NCBI GenBank assembly: GCA_963668175.1
Contig: OY764159.1
Span: forward strand, 1,344,001 to 1,408,000
From: Syntrophales bacterium
GTDB lineage: Bacteria; Desulfobacterota; Syntrophia; Syntrophales; PHBD01
Length of the DNA: 64,000 bases
Direction: 5' to 3'
A program made the position numbers and the translations under genes. Positions 30,010 through 39,795 of this stretch are shown in pieces (within the stretch, counting starts at the first letter, position 1; each line of letters opens with the position of its first letter). The notes below the pieces were generated by a model. It ran no database searches. It saw only the letters and a program-made list of their open reading frames with translations, and was not told the DNA's origin.

Positions 30010-31683
30010 CTATGCCACTTTGAATTCACTGATCCGGTTGGTCTTCGGGTCAATGATATGGACGGCGCAGGCCATGCAGGGATCGAAGGAATGGATCGTC
30101 CTTATGATTTCCAGCGGCTGGTCCGCTTTGGCCAGTTTGGTGCCGATGAGCGATTCCTCATAGGGCCCTCTCAGGCCTGCCTTGTCACGCGGCGAGCAGT
30201 TCCAGGTCGAGGGGACGACCGCCTGGTAATTGGCGATCACCTTGTTTTCGATCCGGATCCAGTGTCCGAGGGCGCCGCGCGGCGGCTCGGTGAGCCCGCG
30301 TCCTTCGCCCTTGTCCGGAACGTCGCAGCGGGTCCAGGTCCGGGTATCGCCGGCCTTGATGTTCTTGACCAGTTCGTTGACCCAATCCTCGATGTGGTCG
30401 CCGACATACTTGGTTTCGAGGGCCCTTGCCGCCGTCCTTCCGAGGGTGGAGAAAAGAACGGTCGCGGGGAGTCCCGTAGCCTTCAGGGTCTGGTCCACGA
30501 GGGGTTTGATCTCCTTGTGTCCCTGGGCATAGGCGACGATGAAACGCGCCAGGGGGCCGACTTCGTAGGGCTGGGATTCGTAGCGAGGCGCTTTGCACCA
30601 GGAGTACTTTTCGTTGCCCTTCAGGTTGCCGTTGGCGTCGTAGCCCGTGTATTCCGGATCGGTCGTTCCCTTGTAGGGATGCTGCGGTTCGGAACCCTTG
30701 TACCACGAATGGGTTGCCTCTTCGGTGATCTTGGTGTCGTCCATCTTCAGAGGCTTGGCCAGGTCTCTTCCTTTGACGATGCCCCTGGGGAAGAGGAGGT
30801 TGTTCCACTCGTCGTCGAGGGGGAAGCCGCCGTAGGCGAGATAATTTTTGACGCCGCCGCCGACACCTTCGAGGCCTTCACCCTTGTAGTAGGTGGCCGC
30901 CAGGAGGACGTCGGGGATGTAGGCCGTTTCGACGAAGTTCTTCAGCTCTTTCAGCCGGAAAAGGTATTCGCCGATGCGGGAGACGTCGAAGGCGTCCATG
31001 GCGCAAGTGACGCCGCCGACGACCAGCGTCTGCGGATGGGGGTTCTTGCCGCCGAAGATCGCCATCATCTGGGCGCCGAGCTTGGAGACCTGCAGGGCGT
31101 CGAGGTAATGGGAAACGATGATGAGGTTGGCTTCCGGCGGAAGCTTGTAGGAGGGGTTCCCCCAGTAAGCATTGGCGAACGGCCCCAGGCGCCCCTGCTT
31201 GACGAACTTGGTGAGGCGGTCCTGCACGGCCTTGTAGTGGGTCGCCGAGCAGTTGTACGGATTAGCGCAGTAGCCTTTGGCCATGTCCACGGCCTTCTTG
31301 GGATCGGCCGACAGGGCGCTGACGATGTCCACCCAGTCCAGACCGTGCAGGTGGTAGAAATGCATGATGTGGTCGTAAAGATACTGGGCGCCGTTGATGA
31401 GGTTTCTTACGATACGGGCATTGGGCGGCGGTTTGATCTTGAAGGCGTCTTCGCAGGCCAGGATGGCCGCTTCGTAATGGGCGTAAGTACAGACGCCGCA
31501 GAATCTCTGCACCATGAGGCCTGCATCCCTGGGGTCCCTGCCCTTGAGGATGGTCTCGATGCCGCGCCACAAGGTGATGCTGCTCCATGCATCCTTGATG
31601 ACGTTGTTGTTGTCAAGTTCGACTTCTATCCTTAAATGTCCTTCGATTCTGGTAATCGGATCGACAATGATTCTCTTTGACAT
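30010..31683 (-). CDS. hydB: [NiFe] hydrogenase large subunit (group 1, probably 1b)
   Basis: DPITRIEGH, L1 QRFCGVCTYAH, L2 HSFDPCMACAVH plus cleavable tail. Confidence 0.95.
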   Translation of the reverse strand: MSKRIIVDPITRIEGHLRIEVELDNNNVIKDAWSSITLWRGIETILKGRDPRDAGLMVQRFCGVCTYAHYEAAILACEDAFKIKPPPNARIVRNLINGAQYLYDHIMHFYHLHGLDWVDIVSALSADPKKAVDMAKGYCANPYNCSATHYKAVQDRLTKFVKQGRLGPFANAYWGNPSYKLPPEANLIIVSHYLDALQVSKLGAQMMAIFGGKNPHPQTLVVGGVTCAMDAFDVSRIGEYLFRLKELKNFVETAYIPDVLLAATYYKGEGLEGVGGGVKNYLAYGGFPLDDEWNNLLFPRGIVKGRDLAKPLKMDDTKITEEATHSWYKGSEPQHPYKGTTDPEYTGYDANGNLKGNEKYSWCKAPRYESQPYEVGPLARFIVAYAQGHKEIKPLVDQTLKATGLPATVLFSTLGRTAARALETKYVGDHIEDWVNELVKNIKAGDTRTWTRCDVPDKGEGRGLTEPPRGALGHWIRIENKVIANYQAVVPSTWNCSPRDKAGLRGPYEESLIGTKLAKADQPLEIIRTIHSFDPCMACAVHIIDPKTNRISEFKVA

Positions 31684-31704
31684 GCTCATTCCTCCCCGGA
31701 ACTG

Positions 31705-32916
31705 TTATTCCTTTTGTGTGGTCTCTTCTTTTTCGCCATTGCCGTCTTTATGGCGGATGGCCGTCAGTCCGGCATGAGCGGCGACACCTACGGCCGTGAC
31801 ACCCAGCAGGGCGGCCCCGATCGTGTCTAACGTGCGCCCGCCGCCACCAAACGTATCCTCGTGGATCGGCTTCTCCAGCGGAGCCATCGTATCCCAGAAT
31901 GCGGGCTCCGTGCAGCCGATGCAGCCGTGACCGGCCATGACCGGCCAGGAAATGGCGTCGTTGAAGCGTACCTTGCTGCAATTGGCGAAGGTGTAAGGAC
32001 CTTTGCAACCCATCTTGTACAGGCACCAACCGCGTTTGGCGCCGTCATCACCCCACTGTTCAACAAATTCAGCACCGTCGTAATGAGGACGTCTTTCACA
32101 GAAGTCGTGAATCCTCTTTCCGTAAGCCCAGACCGGCCTTCCCAGGTTGTCCAGGGCGGGCAGACCGCCGAACATGAGGAAATGCAGGACGGTCCCCACA
32201 AAGTTGATCGGGTTGGGCGGGCAGCCGGCGATATTGACCGTCTGGACGCCTCCTAGGGCCTCGCTGATGCCGACGGCATCGGTCGGATTCGGTTTGGCCG
32301 ACGGTACGTTCCCGAATGCGGCGCAACTGCCCATGGAGATCGTGGCCATCGCTTTGGAGACGACTTCCTTGGCGATCTGGATGCCCGTTTTTCCTTTCGA
32401 GCCCAGCCTCAAGTATTGCCCGTTCAGACCGCGCGGCAATGCACCTTCGATGACGCACACAAATTTGCCTGGAAAATCGTGCAGACACTTCTCCAGGCAC
32501 AGCTCCGCCTGGTCGCCGGCAGCGGCCATCAGTGTCTCGTGATATTCGAGGGATATCGTGTCCAGGAGTATCGTGTCCACGTTCGGATAGGACGACCGAA
32601 GCAACGCCTCGCTGCAACCGGTGCATTCGGCGAACTGCAGCCAGACCACCGGGAGGCGGCTGAATTGCTCGGCGGCCTTGGCCACCATCGGTTTGAATAT
32701 CGGCGGCAGCATGAGCGCCCCCGTCATGACCGACGTCCACTTCATGAAACTTCTTCTGCTGATTCCGCGCTCTTTCAGGAGTCCATCAAAATTCTCCACC
32801 GGCGGCGGCAGTTCCCGGTCCATCTTTTCCATGTGGACCTTGCACTTGTCCATCAACTGCCGATACTGCGAGGAAATCATCTTGTTGTACTCAGAGCTCT
32901 TTACAAAACCACCCAT
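31705..32916 (-). CDS. hydA: [NiFe] hydrogenase small subunit, Tat-exported, C-terminal membrane anchor
   Basis: SRRSFMK, ECTGCSE, GCPP, IHDFCERR, WCLYKMGCKGP, GHGCIGC. Confidence 0.95.
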   Translation of the reverse strand: MGGFVKSSEYNKMISSQYRQLMDKCKVHMEKMDRELPPPVENFDGLLKERGISRRSFMKWTSVMTGALMLPPIFKPMVAKAAEQFSRLPVVWLQFAECTGCSEALLRSSYPNVDTILLDTISLEYHETLMAAAGDQAELCLEKCLHDFPGKFVCVIEGALPRGLNGQYLRLGSKGKTGIQIAKEVVSKAMATISMGSCAAFGNVPSAKPNPTDAVGISEALGGVQTVNIAGCPPNPINFVGTVLHFLMFGGLPALDNLGRPVWAYGKRIHDFCERRPHYDGAEFVEQWGDDGAKRGWCLYKMGCKGPYTFANCSKVRFNDAISWPVMAGHGCIGCTEPAFWDTMAPLEKPIHEDTFGGGGRTLDTIGAALLGVTAVGVAAHAGLTAIRHKDGNGEKEETTQKE

Positions 32917-33022
32917 AAGACCCCCTTTCAAAGTACGTAAAATCTTTCAATCAGGACCTTCTCCGCCTGATTGTAGTCTGTTTTGGGAAAAAAAAGGAAG
33001 CTTTCGATCCACCACTAAAACG

Positions 33023-33056
33023 CATGCCATTTATGGCATAACGCGGCATTTGTCAA
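33023..33056 (-). promoter_or_regulatory. hydA promoter with overlapping ModE-type box
   Basis: Minus strand TTGACA (33056-33051)-N17-TAAATG; box TATGCCATAAATGGCATG (33040-33023) covers the -10. Confidence 0.55.
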
Positions 33057-33279
33057 GTTATAAATAACATAACAGACTGTTATTCTTGCGATGATTGGCT
33101 GTACGATACGCCGTCGATCGGCTGACAGCCGCGTCTGGTTTTGTTTTGCACCCTTCATGCCACGATATCCTTATTCCTGCAAGGAATATTATTCATTTTC
33201 ATTACGAATGAATCTCGGCCGCGTCACCCCTTACCCATGAGCGGGTCGTAATGCATTTGTTGCCAGCTCATGTCAGCTG

Positions 33280-33609
33280 TTATGAAAACAACGGCGGGGC
33301 GCGGTTTTCCAGGAAAGCGGAGATGTAGATCTTCTTAAGAAGTGAAGGCGCATGCGTACGGGGAACCAACCCTTTGCCCATAAAGGGGGGCGGTTCAGAG
33401 GGAGTGACTATCCATACGTCGAGCGGTGGATATTTCGAACAATCGTCATCGTAACAGCAATCGGTGAGGCTGGGAGTGATCCCGATGTCGGCCACCTTGA
33501 CAAAGGCATCGCCGATACTGCAGGCAGCGGCGTACAGCAGGAAAAACGAGACAGCGACGGCGAGTACGGCTCGACGGCTTTTTCTTAGTTGCGGTAAAAA
33601 ACGGAACAT
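33280..33609 (-). CDS. Small hypothetical protein: N-terminal TM/signal, Cys cluster, C-terminal RAPP
   Basis: 109 aa: basic N-terminus, AVLAVAVSFFLLYAAAC, DCCYDDDC, ends NRAPPLFS. Confidence 0.5.
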   Translation of the reverse strand: MFRFLPQLRKSRRAVLAVAVSFFLLYAAACSIGDAFVKVADIGITPSLTDCCYDDDCSKYPPLDVWIVTPSEPPPFMGKGLVPRTHAPSLLKKIYISAFLENRAPPLFS

Positions 33610-33692
33610 AGCTGACCGCGCAAATATTTTTAAAAAGCTCTACGCGATTTGTGATGCAGAGTCAATGGAAATCATAGTCCCCGGAGAAAGAC

Positions 33693-34040
33693 TTACGTGG
33701 CGTCTCCTTCATCTTTGGCGACGGCCATAAGCTCCATGCTGGCCTTGTCCAGCATGGCATCGATAGTCTTGTCGAGCTCGTCGAATTTTCTGATGAGAAG
33801 ACGTGCTGCCTCCGTCAGGTGCATGCCCTTTCCGGAAGGTTCGACCTCGACGAGTTTAATTCCCATGCGGTCTTCCGAGGCTTTCAGGCGGCCCCAGGCA
33901 GCCCGGTAGGACATATTCAGCTTCTTGGCGGCGGCATTGAGGCTGTGACACTCGTCGATGGCCTTGAGGAGTTCATCCCTGCCTTTGCCGAAAATGACTT
34001 TGCCGCCCTTTTCCAGCCAGAGCTTGTGCATCATTCTCAT
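33693..34040 (-). CDS. ModE-family winged-helix regulator lacking molybdate-binding domains
   Basis: KLWLEK..FGKGRDELLKAI..SLNAAAKKLNMSYRAAWGRL; about 115 aa only. Confidence 0.85.
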   Translation of the reverse strand: MRMMHKLWLEKGGKVIFGKGRDELLKAIDECHSLNAAAKKLNMSYRAAWGRLKASEDRMGIKLVEVEPSGKGMHLTEAARLLIRKFDELDKTIDAMLDKASMELMAVAKDEGDAT

Positions 34041-34239
34041 CGGTAAGCCTTCATTGCCATGATAAATTTCTGTGTTTATTAACTTTGTAGCATAAATGAC
34101 GGTTTCCGGCAAATGTTAAACGCACAATAATTCGTCCTTGTCCGTGTACGCTCAAGGCAGAGGCCGCCGAACCATCCCGTATCTCCGGAAGGCTGGAACA
34201 AGTGCATGCCGTGACCGTTCTGACCAGAGAATCCAGCCA

Positions 34240-34323
34240 TATGTCAAAAATGACATAAGCCTCAGAAATTATTACATTAATTTTCTTAATTTCCTTGACA
34301 GCACCCGGCATAAAATGTATATC
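34240..34323 (+). promoter_or_regulatory. ModE-type palindrome and fdnG2 promoter
   Basis: TATGTCA-AAAA-TGACATA (34240-34257); TTGACA (34295-34300)-N17-TATATC (34318-34323). Confidence 0.65.
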
Positions 34324-34493
34324 CGCAACGCTGAGGCGGCCTGTCGCTGCCGGTACTTACCTCCAATCCATCGATCCAGACAGTTGTTTTCCCCCCCGGC
34401 GATCCCGGTAAGCTTTTTTATGGCAAAGGCGGTCCGGTACGGGTGGAATAATGATTCATTATCATGAATAAAGATTGAAAGGAGCGCATGAAC

Positions 34494-37400
34494 ATGGATG
34501 TAACCAGAAGAGGTTTCTTGAAGCTCTCCGGGTCGGTTCTTGCGGCAAGCGGCGTCGGCGTCAGCCTGAAGCCCGTTTCCGCATACGCCGCCCCGCTGAA
34601 GGTCCAGTATGCTAAAGAAACCACAACGATTTGCCCCTATTGTTCGGTTGGATGCAGCATCATTGTTTCCGTGCGGAACGGTAAGGTGGTCAATACGGAA
34701 GGCGATCCTGACAGCCCGATCAACCAAGGATCGTTATGCACCAAAGGCGGCTCCATCTACCAGATGTCCGTCAACGAAAACCGGCTGGGCAAGCCCCTCT
34801 ACCGCGCCCCGTATGCCACCGAATGGAAAGAGGTGGACTGGGAGTTCGCCCTGGACAAGATTGCCAGGAATATCAAGACCAGCCGGGACAAGAGTTTCAA
34901 GTTCAAAAACGATAAGGGCGAAACCGTCAACCGCACGGAAGGCATCGCGTCCGTGGGAAGCGCCGCGATGGACCTGGAAGAATGCTTCGTCTACCAGAAA
35001 TTCTTAAGGGGGTTGGGTCTGGTCTATATCGAACACCAGGCCCGTATCTGACACAGCCCGACTGTACCGGCTCTGGCAGAGTCGTTCGGACGCGGCGCGA
35101 TGACGAATCACTGGAACGATTTCGCAAACAGTGATGTGATATTAATCATGGGCAGCAACCCTGCCTCCAACCATCCCGTTTCCTTCAAATGGATCACCAA
35201 GGCCGTGGAGAAGGGCGCCAAGATCATCTGCGTTGACCCCCGGTTTACGCAGTCTGCTGCCAAATCGCACGTTTACGCCCCTCTCCGCTCCGGGACGGAT
35301 ATCGCCTTCCTGGGCGGCATGATCAAGTATATCATCGACAATAAGCTCTACCAGGAAGAATACGTTAAACACTATACCAATGCATCTTTCCTGGTCAATC
35401 CGGCCTTCAAGCTTCCCGGAGACAACGACGGTGTCTTCTCGGGGCTCACGGGCGGGAAGTACGACAAGGCGACATGGTCGTACCAGACGGACGGCAAGGG
35501 CGTCATTAAGAAGGACCCGACGCTTACCGATCCGCACTGCGTTTTTCAGCTCCTGAAGAAACACTATTCCCGCTATACCCCGGAGATGGTCCACAAAATC
35601 ACCGGGACGCCGGCGGACAAACTGGTCGAAATTTACAAGCTCTACGGTTCGACGGGCAAGCCGGACAAGGCCGGCGTCGAGCTCTACGCCATGGGCTGGA
35701 CGCAGCATACCGTCGGGACGCAAATCATCCGGACGATGTGCATGACCCAGCTTCTCTTGGGCAACATGGGCGTTGCCGGCGGCGGCGTCGCGGCCATGCG
35801 GGGCGAGTCCAACGTCCAGGGATCGACCGACCACGGCCTACTGTTCCATATCTGGCCCGGTTACCTTGCGGCGCCGACGGCTTCGATGGGCACCCTGAAA
35901 GAGTACAACGAGAAGAAGACGCCGACGACGAAAGAGCCCAACAGCCTGAACTGGTGGAAGAACTATCCCAAATATTCGGCCAGTTATATGCGCGCCGTCT
36001 ACGGGAAGAATGCCACCCTCGAAGAGGCCTATGCCTATATGCCCAAGCTCGACGACGGGGCCAACTACTCGTGGCTTGTGCTCTTCGACCAGATGTACAA
36101 GGAAAAGTTCACCGGGTTCTTCGCCTGGGGCATGAACCCCGCGTGCAGCGGCGCCCATTCCAACAAGGTCCGGCAGGCCCTGGGCAAGCTGGACTGGATG
36201 GTCAACGTCAACCTCTTCGACAACGAGACCGGCTCCTTCTGGAGAGGTCCGGGCATGGACCCCACGAAGATCAAAACCGAAGTCTTCATGCTGCCCTGTG
36301 CCTCGTCCATCGAGAAGGAAGGCAGCCTCGCCAACAGCAGCCGCCTCATGCAATGGCGCTACAAGGCGGTCGAGCCGCCCGGAATCGCCCTTCCCGATGC
36401 GGATATCATGAGCGATCTCTATTTGCGGCTCAAGGAGCTCTACGAGAAGGAAGGCGGCCCCCTGAAAGAGGCCCTCACAAAGATGACCTGGCCCTACGGC
36501 AAAAAGGTCGGCGCCCACTACCATTTCGATCCCCATGCGGCGGCCAAGGAGATCAACGGGTTCTTCCTGGAGGACAAGAAAGTCGAGAATCCCACCAAGA
36601 AGGGCGATTTCAAGGAATTCAAGAAAGGCGATCCCGTTCCCACGTTCGCCTGGCTGCAGGATGACGGGTCAACCTCTTCCGGCTGCTGGGTCTATTGCGG
36701 TTCTTATGGAGCCACCAACATGGCCGCCCGGCGCGGAACGAAAGACGCCTCCGGCATCGGCCTCTATTCCGACTGGGCCTGGTCCTGGCCGGTGAACCGC
36801 CGCATCATCTATAACGGCGCCTCCGTCGATCCCAAGGGCAATCCTTGGGACCCCAAGCGGGCCGTCATCAAGTGGAACGGCGAGAAGTGGGTCGGCGACG
36901 TACCCGACGGAGCGGGAGATCCCGGTTCCGGCCGGCCGCCTTTCATCATGAAGCCGGACGGTGTGGGCAGCCTCTACGGCCCCGGCCTGGTGGACGGGCC
37001 TTTCCCCGAGCATTACGAGCCCCTGGAATGTCCGGTGGAGAAGAATTTCCTGTCTCCCCAGAAGCATAATCCGGTCATCAAGCGTTTCGACAAGCCGGGC
37101 GTGGGCTCCGACCTCGACGTTTACTCCAACGTGGCAAGCTGCGATCCCCGCTTCCCCATCGTCTGCTCGACCTACCGGATCAGCGAGCACTGGCAGACGG
37201 GTGTCCTGACCCGCTGGTGTCCGTGGCTGGCAGAAATGCAGCCGGAAATGTGGTGCGAGATGAGCCTGGAGCTGGCGACGGAGAAGGGCATCAAGAACGG
37301 CGAGAAGGTGGTCGTCAAATCGGCAAGAGGCGAAGTCGAAGCCGTGGCGATCGTCACGTCCCGCTTCAAGCCTTTCAACATCAGCGGCAACACGATCCAT

Positions 37401-37595
37401 GAAGTCGGCATCCCCTGGCATTTCGGCTGGATTACAACCATGGACAGGAAATACTCCCCGGGCGACAAGAAGGCCAAGGTGTTCACCAAGGGCGACGCGG
37501 CGAATCTCCTCGTCCCGACCATCGGCGACGCCAACACCATGATCCCGGAAAGCAAGGCTTTCATGGTCAATGTGATGAAGAAGGGGGTGAATTAA
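34494..37595 (+). CDS. fdnG: Formate dehydrogenase-N alpha subunit, selenocysteine-containing (intact)
   Basis: Tat TRRGFLK, CPYCSVGC; in-frame TGA 35049-35051 in EHQARI-U-HSPTVPALAESFGRGAMTNH joins ORFs 34488-35051 and 35100-37595; RGESNVQG. Confidence 0.93.
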
Positions 37596-37597
37596 TC

Positions 37598-38401
37598 ATG
37601 GCTGATATCGTGAAACTCATCGATGTATCGAAATGCACCGGATGCCGCGGCTGCCAGTTGGCCTGCAAGCAGTGGAACCAGATGCCGGCGCGGCAGACGA
37701 CGAATTATGGGACATACCAGAATCCGCCGGACCTGCAATGGAACACCTGGACGCTGATACGGTTCCAGGAGATTCCCGACAAGGACCGGGTCAAGTGGGT
37801 CTTCCGGAAGGACGGCTGCATGCACTGCACCGACGCCGCCTGCGTCAAGGTCTGTCCCAGCGGTGCCCTTTTTTATTCGGAACTGGGGACGGTCGGTCTC
37901 AACAAGGAACGCTGCATCGGCTGTAAGGAATGCGTCTCCGCCTGTCCCTTCGAGATCCCCAGGTACGACAATTTGACGGACAAGATCTACAAGTGCGATC
38001 TCTGCCTGTCGCGTCTCCAGAGCGATCTGACCCCGGCCTGCGTCAAGGCGTGCCCGACGGGTACCCTGACCTTCGGCGACAAGGAGAAGCTTCTGAAAAA
38101 GGCCTATGCCCGCGTAGAGGAACTGAAGAAGGAGGGCTTTGCCGACGCGAACGTATACGGGGACAAGTTCGTCAAGGGGACGCACGTGATGTACGTCCTG
38201 GACGAGAAGCCGTCCGTGTACGACAAGCTGCCGACGAGCCCGTCGGTGCCGCTGGCGGTCGTTCTCTGGAAGGACTTCCTGAAGCCGCTCAGCTTAATTG
38301 CGGCGGGCGGCGTGATAGCGGGCTCGTTCCTGCATTACATCATCCACGGGCCGAAACTGCCCGACGAAGAGCCCCGAGACAACGGCAAAGGAGGTGAATA
38401 G
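37598..38401 (+). CDS. fdnH: Formate dehydrogenase beta (Fe-S) subunit
   Basis: CTGCRGCQLACKQWN and three further Fe-S motifs; C-terminal TM. Confidence 0.93.
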   Translation: MADIVKLIDVSKCTGCRGCQLACKQWNQMPARQTTNYGTYQNPPDLQWNTWTLIRFQEIPDKDRVKWVFRKDGCMHCTDAACVKVCPSGALFYSELGTVGLNKERCIGCKECVSACPFEIPRYDNLTDKIYKCDLCLSRLQSDLTPACVKACPTGTLTFGDKEKLLKKAYARVEELKKEGFADANVYGDKFVKGTHVMYVLDEKPSVYDKLPTSPSVPLAVVLWKDFLKPLSLIAAGGVIAGSFLHYIIHGPKLPDEEPRDNGKGGE

Positions 38402-39074
38402 CCATGAGAAAAGGACTTATTCAGGTAACGGACGCCTTTGAAAGGATCGTCCACTGGTCTTTGGCCGCTTCCTGCCTGATCCTGTGCATTACGGGACTGG
38501 GGATGATGTTCCATTCGCTGAACTTCATCGGCGACATCATGGGCGGGTTGAAATCGTTGAAGTACGTTCACAACTTTACGGGGGTCTTTTTCGCCTTTGC
38601 CCTGGCGTTCACGATCGGGATGTGGTGGAAGGAGGCGGGCATTTTTTCGATGCCCGAGGACCTGGACTGGATCATGTGCGGGGGCGGGTACGTCTGGCAT
38701 GTGGACAAGGTTCCGGAAGTGGGGAAGTACAATCCGGGTCAGAAGATGTTCTTCCTGGTGGTGGCGGGCTTCGGCGTGGTCATGGTGCTGACGGGTCTCG
38801 TGATGTGGTTTCCCTTGAGCTTTCCGTCATGGCTGGTGCGCTGGCTGTTTGTCCTGCACGCACTGGGCTTCGTGGCGATCTTTGCCTTTTTCTTCGTCCA
38901 TCTGTACCTGGGGACGGTGGGATCGCCGGGATCGTTGCCGGCGATGCTGACGGGCTGGGTGACGCGTGCGTGGCTTGCCAAGCAGCACCCCAAGTGGTTG
39001 AAGGAGATGGAGCACGAAGGGAAGCTCGTCGTCTACGGCGAAGAGAAGAAATCGGCCCACGGCCACTAGGCGGA
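38144..39074 (+). repeat. 931-bp near-identical inverted repeat, copy 2
   Basis: Matches the reverse complement of 17886-18816. Confidence 0.9.
38404..39069 (+). CDS. fdnI: Formate dehydrogenase gamma subunit (cytochrome b)
   Basis: Protein differs from the 17891-18556 copy at one residue (VAIFAF vs VAVFAF). Confidence 0.92.
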   Translation: MRKGLIQVTDAFERIVHWSLAASCLILCITGLGMMFHSLNFIGDIMGGLKSLKYVHNFTGVFFAFALAFTIGMWWKEAGIFSMPEDLDWIMCGGGYVWHVDKVPEVGKYNPGQKMFFLVVAGFGVVMVLTGLVMWFPLSFPSWLVRWLFVLHALGFVAIFAFFFVHLYLGTVGSPGSLPAMLTGWVTRAWLAKQHPKWLKEMEHEGKLVVYGEEKKSAHGH

Positions 39075-39128
39075 AAGGTCTGCCGCCGGAAAGCGGTCTT
39101 TCTGTGAGACGCATTTGATGTTATAAAG

Positions 39129-39158
39129 AAGGCCTGCCTTGAAAGAGGCGGGCCTTTT
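39129..39158 (+). terminator. Intrinsic terminator after fdnI2
   Basis: AAGGCCTGCCT-TGAAAG-AGGCGGGCCTTTT. Confidence 0.65.
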
Positions 39159-39199
39159 GTTGCCTGTCTGATAGACGGGCGGGTTTCGACAGGAGGTGG

Positions 39200-39784
39200 A
39201 TGATGAAGGCGAAACGGCGGTTGACGGCGGCCGCGGTCTGCTTTTCGGCATTATGTCTCTTTTGGTTCCCGGCGCAGGCGGCAGCACCGCCGGCTGTCGG
39301 CGGCGTCATGCCGGACATTGTGCTGGAGGTGCCCAAGGATTCAGGCGATCGCAGCTATCTGGGGCTCTCCTGGTGGGGCAAGACCTTCACGATACCGGCC
39401 GTCAAGGCCCGGGTCGTCATCATCGAAATATTCAGCATGTATTGCCCCTACTGCCAGGCGGAGGCTCCCAAGGTCAATGCGCTTTATGAGATGATCGAGG
39501 CCGATCCGGCCCTCAAGGGAAAGCTGAAGTTGATCGGGATCGGTGTGGGGAATTCGTCTTACGAGGTCGGCGTCTTCAAAAAAAGATATCAGATTCCGTT
39601 TCCGCTTTTTCCCGATGGGGGATTTGTCATCCATAAACAGGTGGGCGAGGTGCGGACGCCTTACTTCATAGGAATCAGGATAGAGGGCGACGGGTCCCAT
39701 AGGGTTTTCTTTTCCAGACTGGGGGCTTTCGACACGGCGGACGGATTTCTTAAAGACATGGTCAAACTTTCCGGTCTGAAGTAA
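39200..39784 (+). CDS. Exported TlpA/ResA-like thioredoxin-fold protein
   Basis: Signal peptide (AQA), [14 protein letters not shown] cis-Pro loop. Confidence 0.8.
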   Translation: MMKAKRRLTAAAVCFSALCLFWFPAQAAAPPAVGGVMPDIVLEVPKDSGDRSYLGLSWWGKTFTIPAVKARVVIIEIFSMYCPYCQAEAPKVNALYEMIEADPALKGKLKLIGIGVGNSSYEVGVFKKRYQIPFPLFPDGGFVIHKQVGEVRTPYFIGIRIEGDGSHRVFFSRLGAFDTADGFLKDMVKLSGLK

Positions 39785-39795
39785 GGAGGGCATGC

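Noticed and set aside
30058..30095. [NiFeSe] hydrogenase
   Set aside because: The L2 motif is DPCMAC with TGC codons; there is no UGA.
30058..31635. Long antisense ORFs (30058-31635; also 22647-23972, 47352-48851, 58770-60134, 61046-62800)
   Set aside because: They shadow well-supported genes on the opposite strand, as expected from high-GC codon bias, and show no recognisable motifs.
34324..34487. Riboswitch in the long fdnG2 leader
   Set aside because: No stable multi-stem structure or known consensus that I could identify by eye.
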